A DNA stretch of 63,338 nt, filler included, from Actinomycetota bacterium (GCA_046725875.1; 6 parts of 6 records of this genome joined end to end with filler, not necessarily neighbours in it); one strand, 5' to 3'. Numbered from the whole stretch's first letter, positions 41,313 to 51,903 are shown. Program-made: numbers and translations. Notes: a model not told the origin generated them from the sequence alone.

Positions 41313-43541
41313 CTATAGGCGAATCATCCAGAGGTCGAAGGGAAGCGGCAGCGTGCCGTCCGGGCGGCGGGCGAGCAGATGCTGGTCCTCCGAGCTGCTG
41401 ACGCTCAACACCTCGATGGCGGGCCCGAGCCCGGCATAGGCCTCCGGAGAGCCGCTCAGCATCAAGACCGGCTCGCTGCCCGCCTGCTGAGCCCGGTACG
41501 CGAGCCGGGAAACCGTCTCCAGATCGCCGGGCCGGATGACAGCAGCGTTGACGCCGCAGGCAATGCGCATGACCGCAGGCCACTCCGCGGCGCCGCGACC
41601 ATTCACGAAGAAGACAACCTCACGTTGGCTCACCGCCGAGCACGCGCGTTCGATCGCCCTCATTGAGCCAGCCTCTACCCGAGATCCGATGAGCGGCGCG
41701 CTCGCCCAGATGACCGGCCCGATTATTCCGAGGCAGGCCGCCGCCAGCCCGATTCTCGGCAGACCGATACTGCTCGTCCCAGACGTACTAATGGATGTGC
41801 GGGGGTGGAGCGCTTGGACCCGCGTGTACAAATAACGGATCGCCCAGACGGCGAGCAGGATCACACCCGGCAGCACGACCGGAACGAACCGGCGGTCGGC
41901 CCACGGATGGTCCGGTGAAATGCCCGGCCGCCACAGGGTCAGCGCGGTGCTCCCGACGAGCAGCACCAAGGACGGTACCCACATAGAGATGGACCGGTCG
42001 GAACCTGCGCCGGGCGGGAACGCCCCCGGCTCGCCGGCCTGCCTGGCCACCGCCGAACGCAAGACGATGACGGTAAGGAGCGCGGCGCCGGCCACGGCCG
42101 CGGCAACGATGAGCCAACCGACGGACCAGGCGAGCCAATGCAGCGACAGCTCGTCATAAGACCGGGTGCCGTCGACCGCGAGCCCCTGCTCCCGCTGCAG
42201 TCTGGCAATGTCGGCGGAGAGCTGGGAGCCCGCGGGAACCCGATGAACCACCTGCAGGAGGGGGCGCACGGCGAAGCCAACACCGGCGGCAAGGGTCAGC
42301 CACGCGGCGACGGGTGCGAGCCAACGGGCACGATCTGGTCGAAGTGGGCGGCGGCGCAGCCAGGCCGCTCCGATCGCAGTTGCGAGCGAGATGGCGGCCA
42401 GCATTAGGGCGAGCGGCCGCAACGAGTTTGTGATGGCTGTGACGTATGGCCGGGTGAGGAACCAGCCGTCGAGCGCGCCGACCATGCCGCCGGTGGCAAG
42501 GCCGGCAGCGAGCGCCCACCAGGCCGGCGAGCGGCGAACGGCAAGCCAGCCGACGATCGGCACCATCAACGTCGCTTCCCGGAGCGAGTCCACCCGAACG
42601 GAGGTAGAGACCGCGATCAGCACTCCTCCCGTGGCGGCTGCGAGCCACACGCTACGGTCGTGCTCCCGTGCCGGATCGCGAGCCGCATCGGCCACCAGCC
42701 CCAGCCCGCCAAGCAGCAGAACGCACGCCATCGGCTCGGAGAGTGTCTCCCGCGCGGCGTGCCAGAACGGCATCGCCAGTGCGAGCACCACGGTCGCTAG
42801 CGCAGCCCAGCGACCGCCGAGCAGGCGGGCGGCAAGCCCAGCGAAGGCCAGAAGTGCAAGGCCACCGAGCACAGCAGGCGCCCAGAGAGTCGCCCGCCAG
42901 CTTGATCCCCATTCCACCGCCGCAAGTGTCGCGGGCAGGCCCGACATGAACTGCGGCACCAGGGAGTCTCCATGCGGGTAGAACCCTTGGCTCACCGGAT
43001 AGAGGGCGCGGTCGGGTCCTCCGAAGGCGCCGAGACTCGAGGGCACCACCTTCTCGCTGTGGCTCGCGAGCCAATGACCGAAGAGGCTGTACGCGGCGGC
43101 GTCCCGGCGCAGGATGACCTTCTCGGCGTGCAGCAGCCCATTGGTGAGAACGAAACCTGCGGTGGTCCCGAACACGGCGAGCACGCTCCAAACGGACATG
43201 TCGCCGAACGAGGCCGCCGCTCGTCGGATGAGGGGCCGACCGGCGAGCGCAAGCACCGGGGCCACAAGCGCGAGAAAGAGCGGAACCGCATAGAGCGGGC
43301 GGAAGGCATCGAGGGCGAGCAGCGGGATCGCCACGAATAGCCAAGTTCCCAGTGCCAGTGCGGGCACGATTGACACGGCAGCGAGAGCGAGCGCGGGCCA
43401 ATGCGGGATCCGTCGGCTGACAGCGACCGAGGCTCGGATATCTCGCCGGGCCTGCTGGGGGCGGCTCGCAATCGCTGATTCATCCCGGTCGGCGGGGGTC
43501 GGCCGTGAGCCGGTCGTGTCCGGTTCGACGGGTCTACCCAT
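41313..43541 (-). CDS. Polytopic membrane protein, possible GT-C glycosyltransferase
   Basis: More than 12 hydrophobic segments; RRDAAAY, VPQF, TLSEP, HPWADRRFVP; 8-nt overlap with the upstream gene. Confidence 0.7.
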   Translation of the reverse strand: MGRPVEPDTTGSRPTPADRDESAIASRPQQARRDIRASVAVSRRIPHWPALALAAVSIVPALALGTWLFVAIPLLALDAFRPLYAVPLFLALVAPVLALAGRPLIRRAAASFGDMSVWSVLAVFGTTAGFVLTNGLLHAEKVILRRDAAAYSLFGHWLASHSEKVVPSSLGAFGGPDRALYPVSQGFYPHGDSLVPQFMSGLPATLAAVEWGSSWRATLWAPAVLGGLALLAFAGLAARLLGGRWAALATVVLALAMPFWHAARETLSEPMACVLLLGGLGLVADAARDPAREHDRSVWLAAATGGVLIAVSTSVRVDSLREATLMVPIVGWLAVRRSPAWWALAAGLATGGMVGALDGWFLTRPYVTAITNSLRPLALMLAAISLATAIGAAWLRRRPLRPDRARWLAPVAAWLTLAAGVGFAVRPLLQVVHRVPAGSQLSADIARLQREQGLAVDGTRSYDELSLHWLAWSVGWLIVAAAVAGAALLTVIVLRSAVARQAGEPGAFPPGAGSDRSISMWVPSLVLLVGSTALTLWRPGISPDHPWADRRFVPVVLPGVILLAVWAIRYLYTRVQALHPRTSISTSGTSSIGLPRIGLAAACLGIIGPVIWASAPLIGSRVEAGSMRAIERACSAVSQREVVFFVNGRGAAEWPAVMRIACGVNAAVIRPGDLETVSRLAYRAQQAGSEPVLMLSGSPEAYAGLGPAIEVLSVSSSEDQHLLARRPDGTLPLPFDLWMIRL

Positions 43542-45303
43542 ATCGCCCCCGCGCCGATTCGGAACGCGGTCGGTCGTAGCTCGCCGCCTCACCAAGCTCA
43601 CTTATCGCACCAGTGGTCTCCGACGCTTCGACATTCTTGCGATGGAGTACGAGATAGTCGTCGCGCGCGTAAACGATGTCATAGTCGCCGCTGGCTAGCA
43701 GCAAGGCCGCGTGGAACCGCTGCGACACCAGGGTGTCGAACGGGAAGGACCACTGCCGCGTGTCGACGATCGCCCAATCGGCGCCCCGCGGGGTGAAGTC
43801 GAGAAGCAACACCTTCGCCCGCATGGTGAGGTGCGGGCCGAGCTCGTTGTCCGTCTCGACGCGAGCACCGTCTGGGATGAGCCGTGCGGCCGCCGCCGCG
43901 GCGCCGGCGCGGTCCTGCCGACCGTGATCGCCGTTCGGCAGGTCCCACGGCTGGAACCAGCGGACCATCATGAAGACGGATACGCATAGCGCAGCCACCG
44001 CAAGCGTGGCGCCGACGCCGTTTCGAGTGAATGGGCCATTGACTCGATCCCGCGGGGGATGAACGGCACGTTCACTCGAACCTATCGACTGAACGTGCCG
44101 TTCATTCGTCTGGGGGCGGGGGTAGCGGGTGCCGGTGCGGATGCGGGCGGCGAGAGCGGCGAGGAGGCGGCGGGGACGATCCTGCTGAAGGGCGTCGATC
44201 GCCGCGAGCACGAGGAGGGGCCAGACAAACGCGTCGTAATGGTTGTTCGGTCCCCAGTGGTTGCCGTTGGTGGAGAACAGCCGCTCGGCGAGCAGCGGCA
44301 GGGCGAGCAGCGTGACCGGTGACAGCAGCGGGAGCAGCAGCAGCGGCCCAGCCAGCCACAGCAACGTATTCCACTTCCGCTCGGGGGTGATGGCGATGCT
44401 CAGCGTGTCCAAGGGATGGACTACGACATGGGCCAGCGCCTGGAGCGGGCCCGAACCGAGCTCGTCGTACAGCCAGTAGTAGCCGGCCTCGCCCCCGCCG
44501 AGCGGGATCAGGACAAACTCGATGATCGCAAGGGCGGCCAGGCCGATGGCGGTGAGGGCAAGGCCAAGGCGGCGGTGCTCCCGTCCACCGCGCCACCAGA
44601 CCAGCAGGCCAAACCCCGCGACGACCAGACCCATGTCCTCCTTGACGAGCAGGAGCGCCAACGCGAGCGCCCCCGCTTGGCGGTACTTCCGCGCGAGCAG
44701 GCGCTCGAGCGCCCATGCCATCAGCGGAACCGAGAACCCGACCTCGTGGAAGCCGCGCGCCGAGGCGACGGTGAGCGGCCACCCCATCCCGAAGACCGCC
44801 GCCATGGCATAGGCGCCAGCCACGCCGACCGCGCGCCGAGCCGCAAGCCACACCGCCGGCACGGCGGCGGCGAACAGCATCGCCTCGGCGAAGATCAGCG
44901 TCAGCGGGTGGTCGTACACCCAGTAGAGCGGGGTGAGAACGGCGAGGATCGGCGAAAAGTGGTCGCCCAAGATCGAGAAGTCCGGCCCCAAGCCGTCATG
45001 GATGCCCTTGACGATCGAGACGGGTGCTCCGAAATGTGCGTAGGACCGCATCGCCTGGTCGAAGATGACCATGTCATACGAACCGAGTGTGTAGCGAGCG
45101 TAAGCAAGAGCACCGATGGTGAAGTAGCCGGCGAACGCGGCAACGGCGACCAGAGCGACCGGCCACGCATGCCGGCGCGCCGGGCCGGCGGGGGCACGTG
45201 GCCCGGCGGCCGCGCTGGGCTGCACCGGAATCTGCGCGGCCGGTTGTCGCGTGTCGGCGCGGGCGGCAGCCTCCACGCCGGCGGCACCTTCTCGGGTCGC
45301 CAC
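43534..45303 (-). CDS. DUF2079-like membrane protein
   Basis: SYDMVIFDQA, LGDHFSPIL, FHEV, LLVKED, HYDA. Confidence 0.82.
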   Translation of the reverse strand: MATREGAAGVEAAARADTRQPAAQIPVQPSAAAGPRAPAGPARRHAWPVALVAVAAFAGYFTIGALAYARYTLGSYDMVIFDQAMRSYAHFGAPVSIVKGIHDGLGPDFSILGDHFSPILAVLTPLYWVYDHPLTLIFAEAMLFAAAVPAVWLAARRAVGVAGAYAMAAVFGMGWPLTVASARGFHEVGFSVPLMAWALERLLARKYRQAGALALALLLVKEDMGLVVAGFGLLVWWRGGREHRRLGLALTAIGLAALAIIEFVLIPLGGGEAGYYWLYDELGSGPLQALAHVVVHPLDTLSIAITPERKWNTLLWLAGPLLLLPLLSPVTLLALPLLAERLFSTNGNHWGPNNHYDAFVWPLLVLAAIDALQQDRPRRLLAALAARIRTGTRYPRPQTNERHVQSIGSSERAVHPPRDRVNGPFTRNGVGATLAVAALCVSVFMMVRWFQPWDLPNGDHGRQDRAGAAAAAARLIPDGARVETDNELGPHLTMRAKVLLLDFTPRGADWAIVDTRQWSFPFDTLVSQRFHAALLLASGDYDIVYARDDYLVLHRKNVEASETTGAISELGEAASYDRPRSESARGRYG

Positions 45304-45395
45304 GGATGAAACCTTAGAGCGTGCCTCGGATCGGATGAGAGATCGAGGTCCTGGTGTCCTGGCCGCTGCGGGCGAGATCAGTAAGGTGGGATGCG

Positions 45396-46154
45396 GTGGA
45401 AACGCTTGTTGATCTCTTCGCGACCGCCCAGGCCGTCGATCCGGCCCGGCCGTTCGTCACCTTCTATGACGACGCGACCGGGGAACGGGTCGAGCTCTCG
45501 TACGCCTCCTTCGGGAATTGGGTGGCCAAGACGGCAAACCTCCTCCAGGAGGGGCTCGCGGCCGAGGCGGGCCAGTCCGTCGCCCTCCTGCTGCCGGTGC
45601 ACTGGCAGACCCTGGTGTGGCTGATGGCGTGCTGGGAGGCACGGGTGGTGGCCGTTCCTGGCGGTGATCCGGCCGAGACGGATCATGCAGTCAGCGGGCC
45701 GGACGGGCTGGATACGCTGCAGCGCTCGCGCGGGGAGCGTGTGGCGCTCGCCCTGCGACCGCTCGGCGGCCGGTTCGAGCCGCCGCACATCAAGCCGTTG
45801 CCCGAGGGCGTCCTCGACTATGCGGTCGAGGCTCCCGCCTATGGGGATCAGGCACTCCGGATGGCCGGGCCACCGCGCCCCGACGATCCAGCCGTGCGCG
45901 TCGATCGGCGTACGTACACCAACCTGGAGCTGGTCGAGCAAGGGTTCGAACGCGCGGAAGCCCGCGGACTCGACGAGGGCGCCCGAGTCCTCACCGACCT
46001 CGACGCCGCCACGTTGCCCGGCCTGGCGGGCAGCATGCTTGCCCCGCTGGCCGTCCGCGGGTCGGTCGTGCTCTGCCGAAACCTCGATCGCGATCAGGTC
46101 GAGGGCCGGGTGGCGGCCGAACGTGCCACCCACGTGCTGCTCCGCGAGACGTGA
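45396..46154 (+). CDS. TIGR03089-family protein (adenylation-domain-like fragment)
   Basis: TFYDDATGERVELS..NWVAKTANLL, LPVHWQ. Confidence 0.85.
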   Translation: METLVDLFATAQAVDPARPFVTFYDDATGERVELSYASFGNWVAKTANLLQEGLAAEAGQSVALLLPVHWQTLVWLMACWEARVVAVPGGDPAETDHAVSGPDGLDTLQRSRGERVALALRPLGGRFEPPHIKPLPEGVLDYAVEAPAYGDQALRMAGPPRPDDPAVRVDRRTYTNLELVEQGFERAEARGLDEGARVLTDLDAATLPGLAGSMLAPLAVRGSVVLCRNLDRDQVEGRVAAERATHVLLRET

Positions 46155-46224
46155 TCGGGGTAGCGCGTTAATGTCTCGCCATCACGTGTGTTCGAAGAGC
46201 GCAACCTGCTGAGAAAGGTCCGCT

Positions 46225-46998
46225 ATGGACAAGCTCGTCCCTGCCCCCGCCGCGGCGGTCGCCGACATTCCAGACGGGGCGTCGCTGGCGGTCGGGGGCT
46301 TCGGGCTATGTGGCAACCCGATGAAGCTGATCGAGGCCTTGCACGATCGCGGAGTGAGCGATCTGAAGGTCGTGTCGAACAACTGCGGCGTCGACGACTG
46401 GGGGCTCGGCATCCTCCTCGCCGATCATCGGATCTCCCGGATGACAAGCTCCTATGTCGGCGAGAACAAGGAATTCGCCCGCCAGTTCCTGGCCGGTGAG
46501 CTCGAGGTCGAGCTGACGCCCCAGGGCACGCTCGCCGAGCGGCTGCGCGCCGGCGGGGTCGGCATCCCGGCGTTCTTCACCGCTACCGGCGTCGGCACCC
46601 AGGTCGCGGAGGGCGGCCTCCCCTGGCGCTACCACCCCGATGGTTCGATCGCCCTGGCGTCACCACCCAAGGAGACCAGGGAGATCGACGGCCGCAGCTA
46701 TGCGCTCGAGCATGCGATCGCCACCGACTTCGGCCTGGTCCACGCGAAGCGCGGCGACCGCCACGGCAACCTCGTCTTCCATGAGTCCGCGCGCAACTTC
46801 AATCCGCTGTGTGCCATGGCCGGACGGATCACGATTGCGGAGGTCGAGGAGGTGGTAGAGCCCGGTGACCTCGACCCGGACGAGGTCCACCTCGCGGGCA
46901 TCTTCGTGCAGCGGGTGGTTGCCGTGGGACGCGATGTGGAGAAACGGATCGAACGGCGGACGGTACGGCCGCAGACCAGCAGGGTGGAGGAAGGCTGA
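46225..46998 (+). CDS. scoA: 3-oxoacid CoA-transferase subunit A
   Basis: [34 protein letters not shown]. Confidence 0.94.
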   Translation: MDKLVPAPAAAVADIPDGASLAVGGFGLCGNPMKLIEALHDRGVSDLKVVSNNCGVDDWGLGILLADHRISRMTSSYVGENKEFARQFLAGELEVELTPQGTLAERLRAGGVGIPAFFTATGVGTQVAEGGLPWRYHPDGSIALASPPKETREIDGRSYALEHAIATDFGLVHAKRGDRHGNLVFHESARNFNPLCAMAGRITIAEVEEVVEPGDLDPDEVHLAGIFVQRVVAVGRDVEKRIERRTVRPQTSRVEEG

Positions 46999-46999
46999 G

Positions 47000-47659
47000 A
47001 TGACACTCACGAGAGAGCAGATGGCCGCCCGGGCCGCGGCCGAGCTGGCCGACGGGGAGTACGTCAATCTCGGTATCGGCCTGCCCACGCTGGTGCCGAA
47101 CTACCTACCCGAGGGCGTACATGTCGTGCTGCAAAGCGAGAACGGCATCCTCGGCGTTGGCCCGTACCCATATGAGGGTGCGGAAGACCCGGACCTGATC
47201 AACGCCGGGAAGGAGACCGTGACCGTCCTGTCCGGTGCGGCGTTCTTCGACTCGGCCACCAGCTTCGGCATGATCCGCGGCGGGCACATCGACGCAGCCA
47301 TCCTCGGCGCGATGCAGGTCTCGGCCACCGGGGACCTCGCTAATTGGATGATCCCCGGCAAAATGGTCAAGGGGATGGGCGGCGCCATGGATCTCGTCCA
47401 CGGCGCGAAGCGGGTCATCGTGCTCATGGAACACGTCGCCAAGGACGGGTCGTACAAGATCGTCAAAGAGTGTTCGCTGCCTTACACCGGGCGCGGTGTG
47501 GTCGACCGCGTCATCACCGACCTCGCCGTACTCGACGTCACCGGCGAGGGCCTCGTGCTCCGCGAGGTCGCCCCCGGCGTGAGCGTGGACGAGGTCCGGC
47601 AGGCCACCGAACCCGAGATCCTCGTGTCCGGTGAGCCTGCACTGATGCCTGCGAGGTAG
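47000..47659 (+). CDS. scoB: 3-oxoacid CoA-transferase subunit B
   Basis: [22 protein letters not shown]. Confidence 0.94.
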   Translation: MTLTREQMAARAAAELADGEYVNLGIGLPTLVPNYLPEGVHVVLQSENGILGVGPYPYEGAEDPDLINAGKETVTVLSGAAFFDSATSFGMIRGGHIDAAILGAMQVSATGDLANWMIPGKMVKGMGGAMDLVHGAKRVIVLMEHVAKDGSYKIVKECSLPYTGRGVVDRVITDLAVLDVTGEGLVLREVAPGVSVDEVRQATEPEILVSGEPALMPAR

Positions 47660-47717
47660 CCCGGCTGTTGCACGGAGGATGCGAGCCGCTCTAGTTACCG
47701 ACTGCTGAGGCCGAGGC

Positions 47718-48467
47718 TCAGCGCTCGCTGGTACTCACCGGCTGAGCCGCCGATGGCTCCACGGGGGCCCTCACGCGACGGCGCCGGGATGCCGGCGGGT
47801 CCGCGACCGTCCGGACGCCGCGCGGGCGTCGGCCGTCGCTTGACGTGGAGGGCGGCTTGGGACCGCCGGCCCTTCGGCGCAACCAGAAGATCGCGCTCTC
47901 CGCTCCATACACCAAAGCGAGAACCACGGTGAGCACGGGAAGCCCGCGCCGGTATGCCTCGGCGCCGGACAACACGAGCGCGGCGAGCACCAGCATCCGC
48001 CCGTCGTAGCCAAGCCCGGCCGTGTAGACCCAGCGGGCTGGGCCGCGCCCGGTGTGTCGCATCCGCGCGACCGAATCTGTGTGATGGAACGCGATCACGA
48101 CAAGATAGCCAAAGCTAAGCCACTGGAGATCCTCGGCGACCACCGCGGTGGTCCGGACGACAAAGGCATACTCGATCGCCCGGACGAGCGCGGGGAGCCA
48201 CCACCCGAACCGACCGCGAACCGGCCCGCTCCAGCACAGACCGGTGATGACGACGACAGCTCCCACGGCGCCGAACAGGAGCTGACGCGACGCGAGCGAT
48301 GTGTCCAGCCGAGCCAGGGCCAAGCCGAGCAGTGCGGCGGCACCGAGCAGGAGCGGGATCTCGGGGAGCCGGATCCGGCCGAGCGCCTGACCGATGTCCC
48401 GGGCGATCGGGCCCGCGTCGACATAGATTTCGAGCGCACCGCGGCGAGCGGGGATCTCGTCAAGCAT
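47718..48467 (-). CDS. DUF5941-like membrane protein
   Basis: DAGP, LVRAIEY, FHHTD, GLGYDGR. Confidence 0.65.
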   Translation of the reverse strand: MLDEIPARRGALEIYVDAGPIARDIGQALGRIRLPEIPLLLGAAALLGLALARLDTSLASRQLLFGAVGAVVVITGLCWSGPVRGRFGWWLPALVRAIEYAFVVRTTAVVAEDLQWLSFGYLVVIAFHHTDSVARMRHTGRGPARWVYTAGLGYDGRMLVLAALVLSGAEAYRRGLPVLTVVLALVYGAESAIFWLRRRAGGPKPPSTSSDGRRPRGVRTVADPPASRRRRVRAPVEPSAAQPVSTSER

Positions 48468-48776
48468 GGGCCATCGACCTCAACATGCGGCCGATCGTCA
48501 TGTAGGTGACTGCGACCGCCGTCGCGGTAAGGAGAACTACGAACACCTCGCGCGGTCCGTACAACGCGGCCACGACGGAGATAACGAGCCATCGCTCGCC
48601 CACCGGCATGGTCAAAGTGCGCTTCAGCCACGCCAGGGCTGGTACCTTGTTCGTGGTCTCGAGCAGGTCGACCGCTCCGCGCGGGAAACCGCCAGCTGCG
48701 GCGCGATGAGATGGGTGGCCGCCCGGCGCTCCCCGCGCGCCGGCTCGCACCCCGACCGCGGGCGTTCCCCCCGCCG
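48460..48776 (-). CDS. C-terminus of a CDP-alcohol phosphatidyltransferase-associated membrane protein, 5'-partial
   Basis: WLKRTLTMPVGERWLVIS..YMTIGRMLRS; runs toward the gap. Confidence 0.55.
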
Positions 48777-48876
48777 NNNNNNNNNNNNNNNNNNNNNNNN
48801 NNNNNNNNNNNNNNNNNNNNTTAATTAATTAANNNNNNNNNNNNNNNNNNNNNNNNNNNNNNNNNNNNNNNNNNNN
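48777..48876. other. Artificial contig spacer
   Basis: N-run with TTAATTAATTAA. Confidence 0.99.
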
Positions 48877-49038
48877 GGTCTTTCCTTCCCGGAGCTGACC
48901 ACCATCCTCGCGACACTACTGGCGAGTGGGCGAGCCGTTGGGATCAATGTCGGCATCTACGACCCCGAGCTCGACCCCGATCGGTCGTACGGCGCCGCCC
49001 TCGTTGACGCGCTCGCCGACGCGTTCGCCGCGGTCTGA
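48877..49038 (+). CDS. C-terminus of an arginase-family protein, 5'-partial (not in the ORF track)
   Basis: My translation: GLSFPELTTILATLLASGRAVGINVGIYDPELDPDRSYGAALVDALADAFAAV*. Confidence 0.72.
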   Translation, partial: GLSFPELTTILATLLASGRAVGINVGIYDPELDPDRSYGAALVDALADAFAAV

Positions 49039-49120
49039 GCCCTTGCGTCCCAGCGCTCGCCACCGGTGCTCAGGCACCGCCGGGCAAACCCCGTTGCGTT
49101 CGCATATCCCGTAGGTCTAC

Positions 49121-49147
49121 GCTTACCGTTCGCATACACTTACGGAT
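49121..49147 (+). promoter_or_regulatory. Operator-like element, copy 1
   Basis: GCTTACCGTTCGCATACACTTACGGAT; 23/27 identical to 49460-49486. Confidence 0.6.
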
Positions 49148-49183
49148 TCCTCGAATGAACTCACGTGACCGGAGGGCCGACTG

Positions 49184-49452
49184 ATGACGAGCGCGCCGAA
49201 ACCGATCCTGATACGTGCCGCCGGGTCACGCCCTGCCTCATCGTGCGCGGCGGGGAGAACGCCATCGGCTTCTATGCGGACGTGTTCGGCGCGACCGGGC
49301 GGATGCACTTTCTCGGCCCGGACGGGACGGTCGCCCACGCCGAGATCCAGATCGGGGACTCGCTGATCACCATCGAGGACGAGTCCCCGCAGCTGGGGAC
49401 GAAGGCACAACCGGCGGAGATGAGGCGACGGATGGCCCAGATGCAGGGCTAG
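49184..49452 (+). pseudogene. VOC/glyoxalase (PhnB-like) pseudogene
   Basis: MTSAPKPI shifts frame into DTCRRVTPCLIV..HAEIQIGDS; second half missing, joined to the PAEMRRRMAQMQG tail. Confidence 0.72.
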
Positions 49453-49470
49453 TTGTTAGGCTTATCGTTC

Positions 49471-49800
49471 GTGGACACTTACGGATCAGCGGCGGTGGGT
49501 GTGCTCGGCGACCCGACCCGGCGCGTGATCTTCGAGCTGCTGGCCCGCCGCCCATGCTCGGTGGGCGAGCTGGCGGCGCAACTGCCGATCAGCCGACCGG
49601 CGGTGTCTCAGCACCTTCGCACGCTCAAAGACGGTGGGCTCGTCGTCGACTACGCCATGGGCACCCGGCGGGTGTACCGGGTCAACCCGGATGGCGTGAT
49701 CGCGTTGCGGGCCTGGCTGGACGGCGTATGGGAACAGGCACTCATCGCGTTCCAGAAGGCCGCCGAGGCCGCCCCGGTCAACCCCGAAGAGGAGCAGTAG
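49471..49800 (+). CDS. ArsR/SmtB-family regulator
   Basis: LGDPTRRVIFELL, ISRPAVSQHLRTLK, GTRRVY. Confidence 0.92.
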   Translation: MDTYGSAAVGVLGDPTRRVIFELLARRPCSVGELAAQLPISRPAVSQHLRTLKDGGLVVDYAMGTRRVYRVNPDGVIALRAWLDGVWEQALIAFQKAAEAAPVNPEEEQ

Positions 49801-50282
49801 TGAGTACCGAATCCACCATCCCTGACCTGCGCGGAACGGTCACCGTCGGCGCGCCACTGGACCGGGCATTCCACGTGTTCACCGACCGGTTCACCACCTG
49901 GTGGCCGCCGGAGTACCACATTGGCCAGGCCGAGATGGCCGAGGCCACCCTGGAGCCTCGCGAAGGCGGCCGGTGGTACGAACGCGGCGTGGACGGCAGC
50001 GAATGCGACTGGGGCCGGGTGCTGACCTGGCAGCCGCCACACCGGCTGGTCGTCACCTGGCAGATCAACGGCCAGTGGCAGTACGACCCCGACCCCGAAC
50101 ATGCCAGCGAGATCGAGGTCCGGTTCACCGCCGATGGCCCTGACCAAACCACCGTCGAACTAGAGCACCGCTTCCTTAACCGACTCGTCGACGGGCAGGC
50201 ACTCCACGACGGAATCCGCGGTGGCGGCGGCTGGGGCGCCATCCTCGACGTGTACGCCAAGGCGGCCACCAGCGGCGAGTGA
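49800..50282 (+). CDS. SRPBCC/AHSA1 family protein
   Basis: EPREGGRWYE, WQPPHRL, SEIEVRF, ELEH, GGW. Confidence 0.9.
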   Translation: MSTESTIPDLRGTVTVGAPLDRAFHVFTDRFTTWWPPEYHIGQAEMAEATLEPREGGRWYERGVDGSECDWGRVLTWQPPHRLVVTWQINGQWQYDPDPEHASEIEVRFTADGPDQTTVELEHRFLNRLVDGQALHDGIRGGGGWGAILDVYAKAATSGE

Positions 50283-50357
50283 GCCCAGTTCGGCCGAGCC
50301 CGAGGCGGAGGATCAGGTGGCGGTCCGCTCGTAGACCGCAACGGCCCTCGCAAGCTG

Positions 50358-50424
50358 AGCCTTTACATCGGTGTTCAGGTTAGTGCTACGATGGCACTCG
50401 TCCAAGCCTTTACATAGCTGTATG
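50358..50424 (+). promoter_or_regulatory. MFS promoter with two TetR-type operators
   Basis: AGCCTTTACAT at 50358 and 50405, each followed by TGT (TACA-N4-TGT); -10 TACGAT at 50387. Confidence 0.6.
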
Positions 50425-50441
50425 GGATAAGGGGGCGGGTC

Positions 50442-51884
50442 ATGGCTCACGCACCGTCCATCGAGCACCAACATCAAGCAGGCTCACCGGCACCGCCGCG
50501 AGGGACGCTCCTCCTGTTGCTGCTCTCGCTGGCCCAGTTCATGGTCGTTCTGGATGTAACCGTGGTCAACGTGGCGCTTCCAGAGATCGGCCGCGCACTA
50601 CAGCTGAGCCGGGACTCGCTGACCTGGCTGGTAACCGCCTACACCTTGACCCTCGGCGGTCTACTCATCCTCGGCGGGCGGCTGGCTGACGCGGTCGGCC
50701 GCAAGACCACCTTCCTGACCGGGCTGGGGCTGTTCACCGCCGCGTCGCTGACCGCCGGGTTGGCCACTGGCGGCGCCATGCTGCTGAGTGCGCGGGTTGC
50801 CCAGGGGGTTGGTGCGGCTCTACTGTCGCCGTCCGCGCTGTCCATCATGACCACCGAGTTCACGGGGGCGGCACGCACTCGAGCGCTCAGTGTGTGGGCG
50901 GCCATCGGCGGCGCGGGGGCGGCGATCGGCGTGCTTCTCGGCGGTGCCCTGACCTCCGGCCCGGGCTGGGAGTGGATCTTCTATATCAACGTGCCGGTTG
51001 GTGTGCTCGTCGGCTTGGCGGCCCCAACCATCGTGCCTTCCCGGGCCGGCCGCGGCGTGTCACGGATCGACGTTCCCGGCGCGTTGGTCGGGACCGCCGC
51101 CGTCGCGTCGTTGATCTATGGCTTGATCCGGGCCGGCGATACCGGCTGGACTTCGGCCTCGGCGCTGCTCCCCATCGGCGCGGCCGTGCTGCTCGCAGCC
51201 GGCTTCGTCGCGATCGAACGTTCTGCTGCCGCCCCGCTCGTACCTCTGACGCTGCTGCGCCGCGGGCCGCTGTCTGGAGCGGTTCTCGTGATGATCGGCG
51301 CCACCGGCGTGCTCTTGTCCGGGTACTTCCTCACCTCGATCTACCTGCAGCAGGTGAGGGACTACAGCCCGGTCGGTACCGGCCTGGCCTTCCTCCCGGT
51401 CGCGATCGCCACCATCCTCGGCGCCCACCTCGCCGGCGGCCTGATCGCCCGCGTCGGCGCTCGCCGCGTCGCTGCCGTCGGGCAGGCATTGGCCGCGGTC
51501 GGCCTGGGGTTGCTCGCCTGGCGCGGCACCGAAGGCACCGTACTCAGCGCGCTGCTGCCGGGGTTCGTCCTCGCCTCGGCAGGCGTCGGCGCGGTCTTCG
51601 TCGCCGCCACCACCAGCGGCTTGCGCGGTCTCGACCACCGGCATGCCGGGGTCGGGTCCGGCATCCTCAACACCGGACACGAGCTTGGCGCTTCGCTGGG
51701 CGTCGCGGTCGTGTCGGCGATCGCCTCATCGAGCATTACCGGGCAGGGCAGCGACCCGCTCGCGGGCTTCGAGAATGGATACCTTGCCGGTGCCATCGCC
51801 GCGGCCGTGCTCGCCGTGGCCAGCACGGTGCTGCTCCCCCAGGGGCGCCCGGCGGCCGGCGACCCTCCGATCTTTGCCCACTAG
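50442..51884 (+). CDS. DHA2/EmrB-QacA MFS transporter
   Basis: FMVVLDVTVVNVALP, GGRLAD, WEWIFYINVPVG. Confidence 0.94.
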   Translation: MAHAPSIEHQHQAGSPAPPRGTLLLLLLSLAQFMVVLDVTVVNVALPEIGRALQLSRDSLTWLVTAYTLTLGGLLILGGRLADAVGRKTTFLTGLGLFTAASLTAGLATGGAMLLSARVAQGVGAALLSPSALSIMTTEFTGAARTRALSVWAAIGGAGAAIGVLLGGALTSGPGWEWIFYINVPVGVLVGLAAPTIVPSRAGRGVSRIDVPGALVGTAAVASLIYGLIRAGDTGWTSASALLPIGAAVLLAAGFVAIERSAAAPLVPLTLLRRGPLSGAVLVMIGATGVLLSGYFLTSIYLQQVRDYSPVGTGLAFLPVAIATILGAHLAGGLIARVGARRVAAVGQALAAVGLGLLAWRGTEGTVLSALLPGFVLASAGVGAVFVAATTSGLRGLDHRHAGVGSGILNTGHELGASLGVAVVSAIASSSITGQGSDPLAGFENGYLAGAIAAAVLAVASTVLLPQGRPAAGDPPIFAH

Positions 51885-51903
51885 CCGGCCGTATCCTCAC
51901 ACC

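Noticed and set aside
48460..48467. Possible frameshift splitting a DUF5941 fusion
   Set aside because: The 8-nt ATGCTTGA overlap is consistent with normal translational coupling; cannot be decided at the contig end
48877..49038. Arginase-type tail as the missing end of the ureohydrolase cut at 16607 (PEPGG / GLSF)
   Set aside because: Only a 2-nt overlap, and IYDPELDPD fits arginase-like proteins rather than the VEVxP tail expected for agmatinases
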